Of a stretch of 64,000 nt of DNA, positions 26,391-39,291 are shown piece after piece. The DNA is taken from the NCBI RefSeq assembly GCF_963676685.1, contig NC_092352.1:46996001-47060000 (forward strand), in the 5' to 3' direction. The notes beneath the pieces are model-generated. The model was not told the origin of the DNA. It did not search any database and saw nothing but the letters and a program-made list of their open reading frames with translations. The number at the start of each line of letters is the position of its first letter. The stretch's first letter is position 1. This DNA is from Mytilus edulis (Eukaryota). A program made the translations under genes and the position numbers.

Positions 26391-27177
26391 CATTTTGGTT
26401 GGGGGTAAGAATAATGGGGATGGGAATAGGAGGTTCTAAAATAAGTACAAACCCGACGCTAAGGCATATTCAATAGGTAACATTAACAATCAAGGAATAG
26501 AGGACAGAATTGCCCTTTCGACAATTGAAACATTTCTGTTTTCATCTGTAAAACAAATATATCAATACTGTCTACCAACTCGTGATGGCGTCAGTAATAT
26601 TAGAAAGCTATTAAACAAATAGTTGTTAAATCTTGAAAGATTTACGGATGATCTTAGTTTGCCGTTCCAGAATACTTGTGTCACAGATATGTACCATTTG
26701 TCGTTGTCAGAACCCTGTGTCCATTACATTCATTTGCTGATAACATCAGAGAATGCGACTTAAAAGGACAACCAATTGTTACTCGGTGGGAGGGATTTTT
26801 TTATGCTTACATGCTTATTTCATTCTCCTTATTGGTAAAGTGCACGTGTTTTAAAGCTCTTAACAGACCATGATATTCATTTTCGCAATCATACTCCCCC
26901 CTCAAGAATTTTCGCTCACTGCCAAATGGAGTTTCACGTTTATGATCGATATGAAGGGCTCTACTGGAACTGGCTGTCATTCCACTGCTCCTGTGTTCAC
27001 CCTGGCCCTTGATTCTATTTGTGCTCTTAAATCTTTGGGTTTTCGTTGTCATAATTATAAATTGTTTGTCTTATTTATTATTGTTGTCATGATTTTTATA
27101 GTCCTATGGTGTTTGCTTAATGTTTACCCTTTCAAATAACCATAGAATGTTTCATTTCAGTTGCAAAATACATAAAA

Positions 27178-28359
27178 ATGGATTCATCATCATTAAATTC
27201 TACATCTGATGACGAAAGTGTAAATCAAGATAATTGTAAATCAACAAGGAAACCCATGCTTCCTTTTATAAAAGCTGAACTCAGATGTAAAATTCAAAGA
27301 AAACATTTATCTCAAGGTCTTCAGCAACTTCGGGCAGATTTTACAGAAAAACGGCCAAGCATAGTAAGTATGGAAATATGTTAAAAAACAAAAAAAAAAA
27401 TGTTTATACATTTTTAAAAAAATATTGACAATCAGATTCAAATAAATCGCTTAGAATAACTGCATTTTGTTATCAAACAAAATAAATGTCCTCCGTGGAA
27501 AATGAAATTAAACGTTTTCTCAATATCAGGTCTAGTCAACCTTATTTTATTTTTTAAATGGGAAATACAAATGTCTACATTTTGATTCAAGCTATTTGCC
27601 TTAACACAAGTTGAACTACTTATAAAAAAAGTATCCTATCTTTAATGGTCTCTTTATTTTACAGCTAACAAAAGAAGAGCATGAAAAACAAATTGTAAGA
27701 AAAGAAAGAAACAAACTAGCAGCAAGAAAATGTCGACAAAGAAAGAGACAGATAACAAGTCTTCTACAAGAGGTAAAACAAATATATAATTGGGAATATG
27801 AAAAATTGAAATGTTCAAGAGCAACAGAAACATAAGTGAATTTGATGCACGGTTACACGGAAAAGGTCTCCATATGTTGGAAACATAAAAGGTAGAACAT
27901 TACAGTTACGCTCAAATGAGAAATTAGAAAAACATATTTATATAACAATTTCTGCTTTTTACTAAAACATCCGTTTCAGGCGTAGACATTTTTCAGAACT
28001 TTAAAATAACAAGAACTGACAAGTTTAGCTTCGTTTCGCAGTGCAAAGGCAGTCAACCGTCTCGTAGAGGTGATTACGCCTAGCTGATTCAGTTGAAATA
28101 TTAAATATTTTCTCAAAAGATTTTATTCACTCGAAAATTGAAAAAAAATAGATGAGTATTTTTTCCTCAAATCAATCATCAATTTTTTTTTATTTTGTTA
28201 CAGGAGATACGGGAATTGACAGACGAAAATAAACAACTAAAGGAAAGAATAAGATGTCTTGAACTAAACAGGGAACAATTTGTATGGAGTGTGTTAAACA
28301 ATCAAGTGACAATGAAAATGTTTGGAGAGATATATCGAGCAATGATGAAAGTTTCGTAA
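27178..28359 (+). CDS. ATF3/JDP2/Fos-type bZIP transcription factor B (about 149 aa; exons 27178-27363, 27665-27772, 28204-28359)
   Basis: MLPFIKAELRCKIQRKHL motif. 108-bp exon LTKEEHEKQIVRKERNKLAARKCRQRKRQITSLLQE with canonical NxxAAxxCR. Zipper EIRELTDENKQLKERIRCLELNREQF. Confidence 0.9.
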
Positions 28360-31199
28360 AATGTGTTATAACCAAAGATTGAGAGTTGAATGGATGAACA
28401 AGATATATCGCGATGAGCATTTAACTCATAAGCTGTTGCAGATGACACATTGCAAAGCACGGTTGATTTTTGTAAAATTTATATTATTGAAAAATTGAAT
28501 GATAGGTTATGAAATGTTTTACCGTCCTAATGGTACCGCTTCTATTTTATTTTTACATTAAGAATATTATTTTAGTTCGTGTAAACATATATGAAGAAAG
28601 CGTTATGAAGACATTACAAATCACGGAAATCCAGATATGAACAGATGCATTTAGGTGTAAAAACAGTTGGAATTGCATAAACTGAGCAACGAGTGAGAAT
28701 ATCCCTTAGTATGAGTGCAATGTGTGTGCATTTCTAAACTAGTGTTTCATGAAAATCATATCAAAATTATAACAGATTGATGAAAAATCTCTATTAAATT
28801 TCAATATCGGATTAATCGACTTTTTCCTTTAACTATATGTATCAATTTTAGTTGGCATGTACTAAAAGGTTTAGAGGAGTGGAGTATTGGAGTGAAGTGG
28901 TGGAGTGGAGCCATGAAGTGAAAACATTGGACTTAGGAAATGGAGTGGAGTGGAGTAAAGGATTTTGGTTAAATACTTGATGGATCCACAAATCAATCAC
29001 TCTTCATACCAAATGAAATTGTTAACGAATTCAAATGAAAATAATTTATATTTTATTTTATTTTTTCTTCTTCAAATTGCAGCACACAGTGATTTTATAT
29101 TAATTCATTTGTTATATTTGATTATTCACCAAAGTTGGACAATGTGTTGGGTAGCATTTTATGACAGCTCAGTTATCTATCTAATAATGTGTTTTACTGA
29201 TCTGAATTGTACTATATTTCTAATAAGCGGAAAAAAGAAAAGCAAAGGCTCATTAGCCTATGCTACTATTTCGTTTTCGTTTAGTTCTTTAAATTCGCTT
29301 TGCATGTAAAAGAAGATACACCAGAATGTTGTTAAGGTTTATGACCCCTTTTGTAGCCATTTGAATTACGACATTTTCAAACTACAATTGCATCAAAACA
29401 GTAAAGATAATTAACAATAGAGATGGTTCATTGGGTATGTATACCAAGGGGATATTATTTATTATTATACCTCAGGTGTCATTTTCTATATGAAATAAGT
29501 ACACACTATTTTCAGTATTTTGCATCCGAGCTCATCCATAAGCATAAATGTTAGGCCCGTTGTTTCTACCGCGTTTGGGGGGGGGGGGGGTCCATGAGAT
29601 AAAAATTTACAAGAACTTTTTACAAAGCATTAGCTGGTATAGTCCGCTCGACTTTTCAAAACACAATATGATACTGAGCTCGCAAAAAATGATAGTCAAG
29701 TACTATTTTATCCAAAGACAATGACATTTTACCCCCTCTGAAAGTGACTTTGCTTTACATTTTTGTCCTACTAAGTGTACAATGAGGCGTAAGTAAAACC
29801 TTAATTGAAAAAAATATAAGCTAAATTTATTAACATATTTGATGTGTCAGAAATAATTCAAGCAAAATGAGTACCATATTTACAAATATGTCTTAAATGT
29901 TTTTAATATAAATGTCAATATATAGAGATCTACATATCAGACGGAATATAATCGAGTTTGAAAGAAACAACTGTTTTTATTGGTTGATTGATATCTCAAT
30001 ATACCTGCATCGATTAAACATATTATTGTAAACCATGAGGTATGATCTATTTATAAGACGATATAATTAGATTTGGAATTCCAGGATTATTTTGTTTAAT
30101 GCCGCTATTTATAGATATAAGGGAAATTTTATTTCTAAATTTATTATACCAATCTGATAAAATTTGGATGTGATGGGAAAACACGATCGGTAGAAACCAA
30201 AAGGTAAATAAAGCACATCCTGATTGTATATTAGGAAAATAGCGCTGCATGCTAACTGCATGCTTTATATTCTGTTAATGTTAAAAATTGATCTTATTTT
30301 GATATCTCATTGTTTTCATTATATATCTAATTGACTACGTCATCAAATAGTTAACATACCATATGAAAAAGTATTATATATGACTAAACCGCTACAACCT
30401 TCTATAGGCGTAGTCTTTTTGTCCTTTATGTTCATTTTACTTATAAAAATAGCAGCAACATTGACCTTATTGTATAACTGGGTTGTAATCAATTTTAAAT
30501 TGATTGACTGTTGTCAAATTGCAACATTATGTCAACATATGACTATATAAGGAAATACTGTAGCCATAGATATATACATATATAAGCTACAAATATATGA
30601 AAATTTACCAACAACAACATATTTAACCTCGGGTGTTTCTACTGATAACATCCAAATCATATAGAGTATAAAGATGATATATATTTCATTTGTTCTGGTA
30701 GAACATAAATTCAGGCTTGTGATACGCAATTTGGTCCGAGACCACAATTAATTCGTAGTGCATTTCTTTTAGAACATAAATAAAAATTTTAAAAAATCCC
30801 ATCTGCGCTTTCTCAATGAAATTTTTACAGTGTGTTGTACTACTTTTGGGACAAATAACATCAAAATTATAGAAAACTTCATCGGCTCTAACTCAAAATA
30901 TGGACAATTTTATGTTTAGGGCGTCTTGAAATCTTTTGACAGCTTCCGAAGTGCTAATTCTTAACCTTTTTCAGCTGGACCAAATCACTACTTTCCTTTA
31001 AAATTCTGAACCCAAATTTTTTTACAGTGTAATTTACCCCCCTTTTTGCAATTTGAGGCATAAAACATGGAGACATAAATTTGAAAGGGGTATAAAAAAT
31101 ATTGGCAAGTAACCCACTGTCAACACTAGGGACTATATTTGGGACAACAAAATCAAGGGACGACAACGAAAATCAAGGGACGACAATTGCAACAATTCA

Positions 31200-31467
31200 C
31201 AATCTAAAGTTAGATAACATAAGAAGTAAAGAATTAAGAATAAAAATACGCGATGGAATCGCAAGACAAAAAGGAGTTTGGAATGAACCACCAAAACTTT
31301 CATGATAATTTTTTCGTAGGAACAATGAGACGACAGTAGTTTACCGATGTTTAAATAACGTTAAGATGAAACTGGAACAGAATTTTGACAAAGAAATGAT
31401 TGACGAGCATTTCTTGAGACAGTCGATGCTTTGATCCAAAACAATGGAGAATGCATTGAAAAAGTAA
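31200..31467 (+). pseudogene. Possible decayed intronless bZIP copy (most like paralog C)
   Basis: One frame reads KELRIKIR..EPPKLS**FFRRNNETTVVYR..KLEQNFDKEMIDEHFLRQ, echoing QELRLKIQ..EPKSYE|LT..NRDSLRRSR..MLKQ|TFDTESSKEESLKR. Contains in-frame stops. Confidence 0.35.
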
Positions 31468-31489
31468 TAGTTCTTTCATTTCCATTCCA

Positions 31490-32790
31490 TTGTTTCAACT
31501 ATGTACTGGCTTCCGAAGCTACACAAAACACCTTACAAATATAGATTTAATTCGTCTTCAAGCCATTGTTCCACTACTAAATTGTCTATTCTTCTTACCA
31601 GCACACTTGGTACAATTAAAAACCTGATAATAAATTGTTCAAATAAGGCTTTCGAAAATAGTGGAATTAATTACTTTTGGAGTGTACTTGATAAATTGCA
31701 TGCTTATATTGGTGATTTTAAATCTGTTCAAAGTTTTGATTTTTCTACCCTGTATTCCACATTGCCTCACATTCTCATTAAGAAAAAATTCACACACCTA
31801 ATTGAATGGGCATTTAAAAAGTCAGAATGTGAATATATATGTTCAAACTCTTTTAGGTCATTTTTTAGTAGCAATAAACAAAAAAACTATGTCAATTGGA
31901 CATGCTTTGATACTATATATGCCCTTGAATTTTTACTAGATAACATTTTTGTTCGCTTTGGGGATTCCGTATATCGTCCGATTATCGGAATTCCAATGGG
32001 GACTTACTGTGCACCACTTATTGCGGACCTGTTTTTGTATTGCTATGAGTTACAATTTATGACAAAAATAAGCAAAGACCCATCGAAACAACATCTTATA
32101 AACAAATTTAATAATACTTTTAGATATTTGAATGATATTTTGGCTCTCAATAATGACGACACTTCAGTATGTATATTAAAGAAATTTATCCTGTTGAACT
32201 TACTTTAAATAAAGCTAATACTAACAATGACCACTGCCCTTTCCTCGATCTTGATATCTATATCACTAACGGAAAGCTGAATACTAAAATTTATGATAAA
32301 AGAGATGATTTTTCATTTCCTGTCGTTAATTATCCATTTTTAGATGGTGACGTTCCCTTGTCACCATCTTACGGTGTTTATATATCTCAACTTGTACGAT
32401 TCGCTCGTGTATGTAACAATGTTTTAGATTTTAACGAGAGAAATTTATGTATTACTGAAAAATTATTACACCAGGGTTTTCGATATCACAAACTAGTCAA
32501 AACATTTACTAAATTTTATCATCGGTATAAGGACATCATTCGTAAATATAGCTCAACATGCAGACTTCTTATACGTTCAGGTATTTTACATCCAATTTTT
32601 TATGGAAATATTCTTTATGAAGCACAAAGGTGTCAGTATTCACCTCAAAAACTAACAAAACCTATGAATAGACTTATTAAGAAGGGATATAGTTACGAGA
32701 CTGTTGTCAGGTCATTAAAGATTGCATATTTTGGCGTTAATATTGATTCCCTTATAGGGTCTTTGCATCGGAACTAAACACATTTATTAA
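31490..32790 (+). mobile_element. 5'-truncated, inactive Penelope-like retroelement reverse transcriptase
   Basis: YWLPKLHK, SFDFSTLY, GIPMG..APLIADLFL, FRYLND (catalytic YxDD mutated), frameshift near 32160-32170, then YDKRDDF..YGVYISQLVRFAR. No endonuclease seen. Confidence 0.85.
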
Positions 32791-35700
32791 ACCCCCCCCC
32801 CCCCCCTTTTTAAAATGGCTGGATCCGCCACTGATATGTGTCTACTTGGATTGACGGAACCTTTAAATTACAGCTGAAAAATAGCGAGTTAATGGCAAGA
32901 GGCATACATATTTATAACCATGCAACAGATCACCTATGATCAATCAAAACATTGTTATAGGCGTTCTCAAATTAATAATGAGCTTGTAACTCACCAGCCA
33001 CTGAAACATTATGAAAACAGTGGGAGCCACATAGCAGGTTATAATTCGTAAGAAGAAAAAATATAGATTATATTCAAATTGATCTGTTGGGTCAAAACTT
33101 CAAGAGTACGTTTAGTGACGTCCATCACAGTTTTTACTAAAATTAAGAATGGAAATGGGGAATGTACCAAAGAGACAACAACCCGACCTTAGAGCAGACA
33201 ACAGTCAGTTACCAGCAATTCTTTCAAAGATCCCAATTGATAAAATGAAACTGTAATGCCGTTGAGAAATTGTTGTTGTAAGTCTTAGATCGACATCCGG
33301 TCTCACATCGATGTCCAAATCTGACGTCACAATTAGATTGGAGTCTAAATCGACAGCCAATTTTATGCCTTTCTAATCGACATCTTTTTTGTTGTCGTCC
33401 ATGTTTTGCCATTTCTAATCAACGTCCATTTTGTGGACTTGTCGCAATGACGTCATAACAGTACTTAAGACTAAATTAGATAAATGCATGGTTGCCAAAA
33501 GGACAACTATCCACCAGAGTTCAGATGCAGTGGATGTAAAGCCATTATAGGCAACCATAGGGTCTCATACCATATAGTCAGCTGTAAAAGGCCCAAAATG
33601 AAAAATGTAAAACAATTCAAACTAGAACGGTAATGGCATGTTTAAAACAAAGCAATTCCGAAAAATAATCAGACAGACATAAACCAAGTACAGCAACTGA
33701 ACTACGTGCTCTTGTTTTGAGACAGGCACATAAAGAATGTAGCGGAGTAAACATGTTTGTGTTAAAATTCAAAAAAAATGTTGACAAATATCTTACAGTG
33801 TCCGAATTATAATACTTTCAAAACAATTTGATGTTTTTTTTTTATTTCGTCTATTGTTTAAGACTGAGTGTTGCCCTCTAGATGGTTTTTGGGTTTCTTT
33901 GTCGTTGGGTTGTTTCTTATTGACGTATAGTCACAACATGCTGTTTATTAATAAACATGACATTCGACAACTTGAGCGATTTGATTAGCTTATATCAAGA
34001 TATATAGATAGATATTAATAGGCATGTATATGTTATAACTTATAAGATTTGGGATGTTTTGTTATCATGTATCGATTTAAGTCCTTTTTTTGTTTTGTTT
34101 TAGTTGATTCTTTTGAGAAGAGATGTAACTGGCTTTGTTGTTCCTTCTCAAACGTCTACTAGGTAAGTACGATTAGTAATGTATGAAGCCAACAAGTGTC
34201 TTAAAAGGCGTTTTCCATAAAGACAAAACTAAATAGCTGATAAACAAGGACCAATCTTATAACAATAATGCTGCGTAGCATAGATGTCAACCTTATGGAA
34301 ATGTATATCAAAATATCAGTTACCTATGTCGGGTTAAAACAATCTCTATGGAAAGTCTGTAACTGTTTGGAAATTACGTTGTTTAAAGAACTAAAATCGA
34401 TCAAAGACTTATACATGTAATGTATATGTGAATTCATTTATTATTTATTGATATTATACATCGAATAAAGAAGACTACAATCGATCAGATGTCGTTTTGG
34501 TAATTTGTTGATGTGGTTCATAAAATGTTTCTCGTTTCTACTTTTTTTTCAAATTTGTTTTGATTTACCAAGTGATACCACATAAATGTTGTAGATACTA
34601 AAATAAGAAAACTCAACATTTGGATGAATTTGATAAGAATATCAATTCTGAAAACCTTGTTAATAAACTCACCCTACTAGTATATACCAAAATGGACCAA
34701 AATGATATACCCAGGCGCACTTTTCAATTTAAAAAGACTCATCAATGACAATCGAATAAACAAAAAGGGCCGTGGTGAAGGTAAAAGAAAGCCTATAAAA
34801 TTCGCAGAATGAATCTTTGATAATGCACTTAGAGAAACCCTAGTTGTCGCCGTTACTCAAATATTGAAATAAGTTATCAACTTTAGTCAATCTGAAAACT
34901 GTGTGCATGACAAATATCTAAAACAAATGTCAGATAATGTGGTATTTGAGATTCTTAAAGGATCTTTGACTACTGATAAACTAAATGCACAAATCTAGCT
35001 GCCGTTAAGATTTGCTGGTACTTTTAAAACATACATTATCTTTACAGAAAACTTACGAATAACTTGCAGTTACTAAGCAATAAGTAAATTGTACAACCAC
35101 ATAAGATTGGGTTGACCTGAGATAGTTTTTACTACTCTCTTTTGTTCTCGTTTTGTCATATAGCCGCTCACGATGGTTAACATCACTGAATTCAAATTGT
35201 CAAAACTTTTCAGCGTTTCCCGGTAAAAGTTAATCAGGAAATCTCATAGAACACCAAATACATAGTATTATTGTCAGAAAATACATTTAATTTAACTTTT
35301 TTACAGATAAATACACAATTTTAACCTAGCTACAGATTTTCAAAATCATATATTTTTAGAAGACAAAAACATCGAAGAAAATAATTAATTATTGACAATG
35401 TACATGCGAAGGGAAACAACTCCATAATTACAATTATGAAATGTTTTATAAATCAAATTTCCTTCTTTTACTAAAAATACTAATCTTTTCTGACTATTCT
35501 TGTTGTTCAATCTTCAGGTTTCATTTTTTAAAGTACTGTTAGTTTTCTTTTCGTCGTTTCGTTTGTTCCATTTACATGCTGAATTTATTATCAATTCATT
35601 AGTTTCATTATCGCTTTTTGAATCTTTTGCATCTCTTTTAATATCCATTTTTTTTTTCATTTTCCAGTAAAAAATACATTTATGGATAAGCTATAACAAC

Positions 35701-36218
35701 AATAAAACCAAATGAAAATTAAGGCAATAGTTTAATCAATGATAAGTGTGAAATGGCAGTCCATCAGCACTACTCGAAATTTTAGAATTTCTTACTTGAT
35801 ATATTAGTATATATTACTTTGTCATCTTACTTCCACTGCTAGCATGTTGCAAGTTTAATATGTTATCACTTTTAAATCATTTTCATGTTACAGGAGCAAT
35901 TGATTATTTGACGACTTTTTAAAATTTATAATTTCTGATATTCGATTTCAACTAACACAAAAAACAAAAATCATAGTGCAAAGTTCGAAGTGCGAACTAT
36001 GTATTAGATTCAGAACAAATTCATAAACGCTGTATTATTTTATTTGTTCTTCTTCTTTTAGTGTTCGACATTTTTATTACTTGGTCGTCATTTGCAGAAC
36101 GATTAATATTTTACCAACTCTTGGAAATTATGTATTGAGATTAAGTATTTTCGGATGAGAAACTGCTTAATATCAATTCGGTGGTACCAAGATATTCTGA
36201 TGAATAGTCTTCATTGTT

Positions 36219-39200
36219 ATGATCGAGCCCTCTGACAAAGGACAAAAATACCAGGTAATTACAGAAGAACACCCATCAACCAGTACTAAACAGTTGAAAA
36301 ATAAGAACACAGAAAAAAGTTCAAAAGTTCCACAGAAACGTAAACATAAGAACTCAGATAAAATATCTAAGAGTTCCGACTCTGACGAAGACATAAGTAA
36401 AGCCTATGAAAAGAGTGTAAAAGAGGATAGTTTACTTCCAATTTTAAAGCAGGAGTTGAGACTCAAGATACAAACTAGACGATTAAGTGAAGGTCAAGGA
36501 GAGTTATTACCAGAAACAAAGGAACCAAAATCTTACGAAGTAAGTATTTTGTAAATTACTAATCAACCAAATATCCTAATATCTAGATGAGCGGATATTT
36601 ATTTTTTTATAAACGAGTAAAGATATGACAAACTAGAGGGAAATCACGTCTCAAAAGGTTGAGAGATTAAGAACCGAAGTCTAGGAAAGACAAAAAGCAC
36701 CACGAACATAAGAAAAAAAGACAAAAAAACAGTCTACAATACTCTAACGATTGAACAACCCGTTTTCCACCCAAGTTCTATGGTGAATTAGTATTCTCCG
36801 AAAATATTAGAAGTTCTTGCAATTGTTCATTCTAAAGACTGGAGTGATATTACTTAATATTCCGAATATGTTATGAATTACGGAAGGAATTTAACATCAG
36901 AAGAAAAAAGGAACCAACCATTGTATTGTCGCTGAGCTGCAAGTTTTTTTTGGGGGTGGGGGTGGGGGTATATTTTTTTTTCTAAATGTGTATTTTTTAC
37001 GTAAGGACTCTATTCTTAGGATCTTGGTCATTCTCATTTGAAACATAGTTTGTTCTAATAACTGAAAGTTTTATAATTGAAACGGACGCATTTTCAACAC
37101 AAAGAAATCGTATAACTGGTACAATTTTGTTTTAGCTTACTGAAGAGGAAAAAGAGAAATATAAGCGACGACTAATACAAAACAGAGATTCATTGCGTCG
37201 ATCGAGACAGAAAGACATACGACGCGAGGAAATGTTAAAACAGGTAATTATCATTTGTTATCGACCTTACAGCACTGAGCAGTATTACAATACATGTATG
37301 TTTAAAAAGTGAGTCTTCTCGTTCCCTAATTTGACATATAAATCTGATTTTTTTGGTAAAAAAAAAATGCAGCAAATACTTGACTGTACAATAGATACGA
37401 ATTTAAAGTTTTTAATACAAAATTTTACAAAGTGAAATGCAATGATAATTTCTTTACGACAGGAGAAAATTATTAGTTTTGCAGGCATAATCAATTAAGT
37501 TTGTTATATGATACGGACACGCTTGGTCTTTAGTAAGTGTAAGTGAAAATTATGAACACCAATAGCAGCTGATATTATCTCGATTTACCGTTGGCCTCTT
37601 GTTCTTTTAATATTTTTGTTGTTATCAAGGAAGAAAAGCATGACCTTGTTGGAGGACCATCATTCATCTCCGCATTTTATCGCTCAATACTCAGTTTTCA
37701 GGATTATTATTTGGGAAGTTGTCAATTTCTGTTCGTCTTCTTTATCTCTTGTTAACAATATTGGTTTTTTTTTTATTCCACTTATAGTTTTCGATTGTCA
37801 CATTAAATGCTTCTTTTTTTCTGTTCCGATAATATACGTCTTTAATATTGATGTAGAACATTTTATCAATCTTCAGTTTGTATTATATTTAAAACATTCC
37901 TAGCAGTGACATAAGTGTAACTCTCTATAATGATACATACAAATAAGTACATTACATATTTTGTAGCAATGAATTGTATACTATGAAATGACAATAACAC
38001 TTTAAAGCAAATAACATTGTATAAAAATTACGCAAAGGAATGTTGATTTTACATCTTATAGCATTTTACTTTGTAAATAGATGTCATGAATAAATGCAAC
38101 ATGGTACCTTAACGCCAACATATGATATATATGTATGTATAATAAGTTGTATAAATTAAATCAAAACTGTTTATGATATTTCTTGGATATGAGATAATAC
38201 TTTATATTTCTTAGATATGGGATAATAGCGATTAAGATTATAACACAATGCTGACTGCTGTACCCCAATTTTTAACATTTCTACCTATTATGTCTATTTG
38301 GGTTTTTTCACACATCGTTGTCAATATCATTGATTTTAATGCGACTGTCATACAAGTGAAGGTTTAGTAGCTAAAGACCCAAGTTTAATCCAGCAATTTC
38401 TTCATATGAAAATACCGGTACCAAGTCAGGAATATGACAGTTGTTATCCATTTGATTGATGTGTTTGAGATTTTGATTTTGCCATTTGATTAGAGACTTT
38501 CCAATTTGAATTTTCCCAGAAGTTTCGTATTTTTGTGATTTTATTTTTAATATACATAAAAGTATTACAGACAAGCAGCTTCGATCTCACACAAAACATA
38601 TTGATGATTACTTATACATCTTTGGATTTCAAATGTTTGGCTTTGAGCGTTCCTGATGAAGGTAAATCCAGAAAGTGCGTCGGACGCAAGAAATTATTAA
38701 ACGTGTTGTTTTCAATTTTTTACATCACTGGGTCGATACCTCTGCTGCTGGATATCAGTCCCCGAGGGTGTCATCAGCTCAGTAGTCAGTACTTCGGTAC
38801 TGACATGATTTAACAAACTTTACTAAAATTGTCCGTTTATAAATTTTGAAATTATTAAGAAACTAAGGTTTCAACTCCCTCAGGCAAAGTTGGCTTTACA
38901 TTAATTTGGCTATTTATTTTTGGTATTTTTGACATATAGCTCTTTAACAGTTTCGGTACGTATACATCTTTAGATTTCAAATGTTTGGCTTTGAGCGTTC
39001 CTGATGTAGGAAAATCCAGAAAAGCGCTTCGGACGCAAGAAATTATTAAGCGTGCTGTTTTCAATATCTGTCGACATATTCATGATTAAAATATATTGCA
39101 TGCTGTTTATTTCACAGACTTTTGATACGGAGAGCTCAAAAGAAGAAAGTTTAAAAAGACAAAAGATGCAACTTTTAACAGAAAGAGAAGAATTGAGGAG

Positions 39201-39291
39201 CAGACTAAGGGAAGCAGGAATGGATATTAATGAAAATACCTCTTCTTTTATCTGCAAAGGATGCAAACAGACGATAAAATATCCCTCATGA
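36219..39291 (+). CDS. Divergent ATF3/Fos-type bZIP factor C (about 200 aa; exons 36219-36539, 37136-37243, 39118-39291)
   Basis: LLPILKQELRLKIQTRRL motif. 108-bp phase-0 exon LTEEEKEKYKRRLIQNRDSLRRSRQKDIRREEMLKQ. Zipper exon ends ICKGCKQTIKYPS. Start codon uncertain. Confidence 0.85.
38647..38687 (+). ncRNA. Minimal type I hammerhead ribozyme motif (copy 1)
   Basis: Stem I gcgttc/ggacgc; intact CUGAUGA and GAAA boxes; GUC cleavage triplet; stem III degenerate. Confidence 0.65.
38995..39036 (+). ncRNA. Minimal type I hammerhead ribozyme motif (copy 2)
   Basis: Stem I gcgttc/ggacgc; palindromic stem III AAGCGCTT; UUC triplet; core CUGAUGU (A9 mutated). Confidence 0.6.

Larger units (their letters stand above)
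38614..39065 (+). mobile_element. Non-LTR retrozyme-like repeat (348-bp period) with two minimal hammerhead ribozyme motifs
   Basis: A ~105-bp direct repeat contains gcgttc-CTGATGA-stem II-GAAA-stem III-TC-ggacgc at 38647-38687 and 38995-39036. Confidence 0.75.

Noticed and set aside
28268-28382. Alternative frame in bZIP B last exon (ICMECVKQ) resembling ICKGCKQ of bZIP C, suggesting a frameshift
   Set aside because: The in-frame reading (LELNREQFVWSVLNN..GEIY) aligns residue for residue with the 528-716 paralog, so no frameshift is needed.
28875-28957. GGAGT-rich run and the G/C homopolymers (~29577, ~32791) as functional G-quadruplexes
   Set aside because: Simple-sequence or transposon-internal tracts with no supporting context.
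31490-32790. Active autonomous RT, or a prokaryotic retron/DGR-type RT system
   Set aside because: Catalytic motif reads YLND, the frame is broken, it is 5'-truncated, and the motifs are Penelope-like.
33322-33455. Two perfect CRE sites (TGACGTCA at 33322 and 33448) as bZIP autoregulatory elements
   Set aside because: They lie in a CpG-rich repeat-like stretch 2.8 kb from the next ATG, and the same octamer occurs in another repeat (50931).
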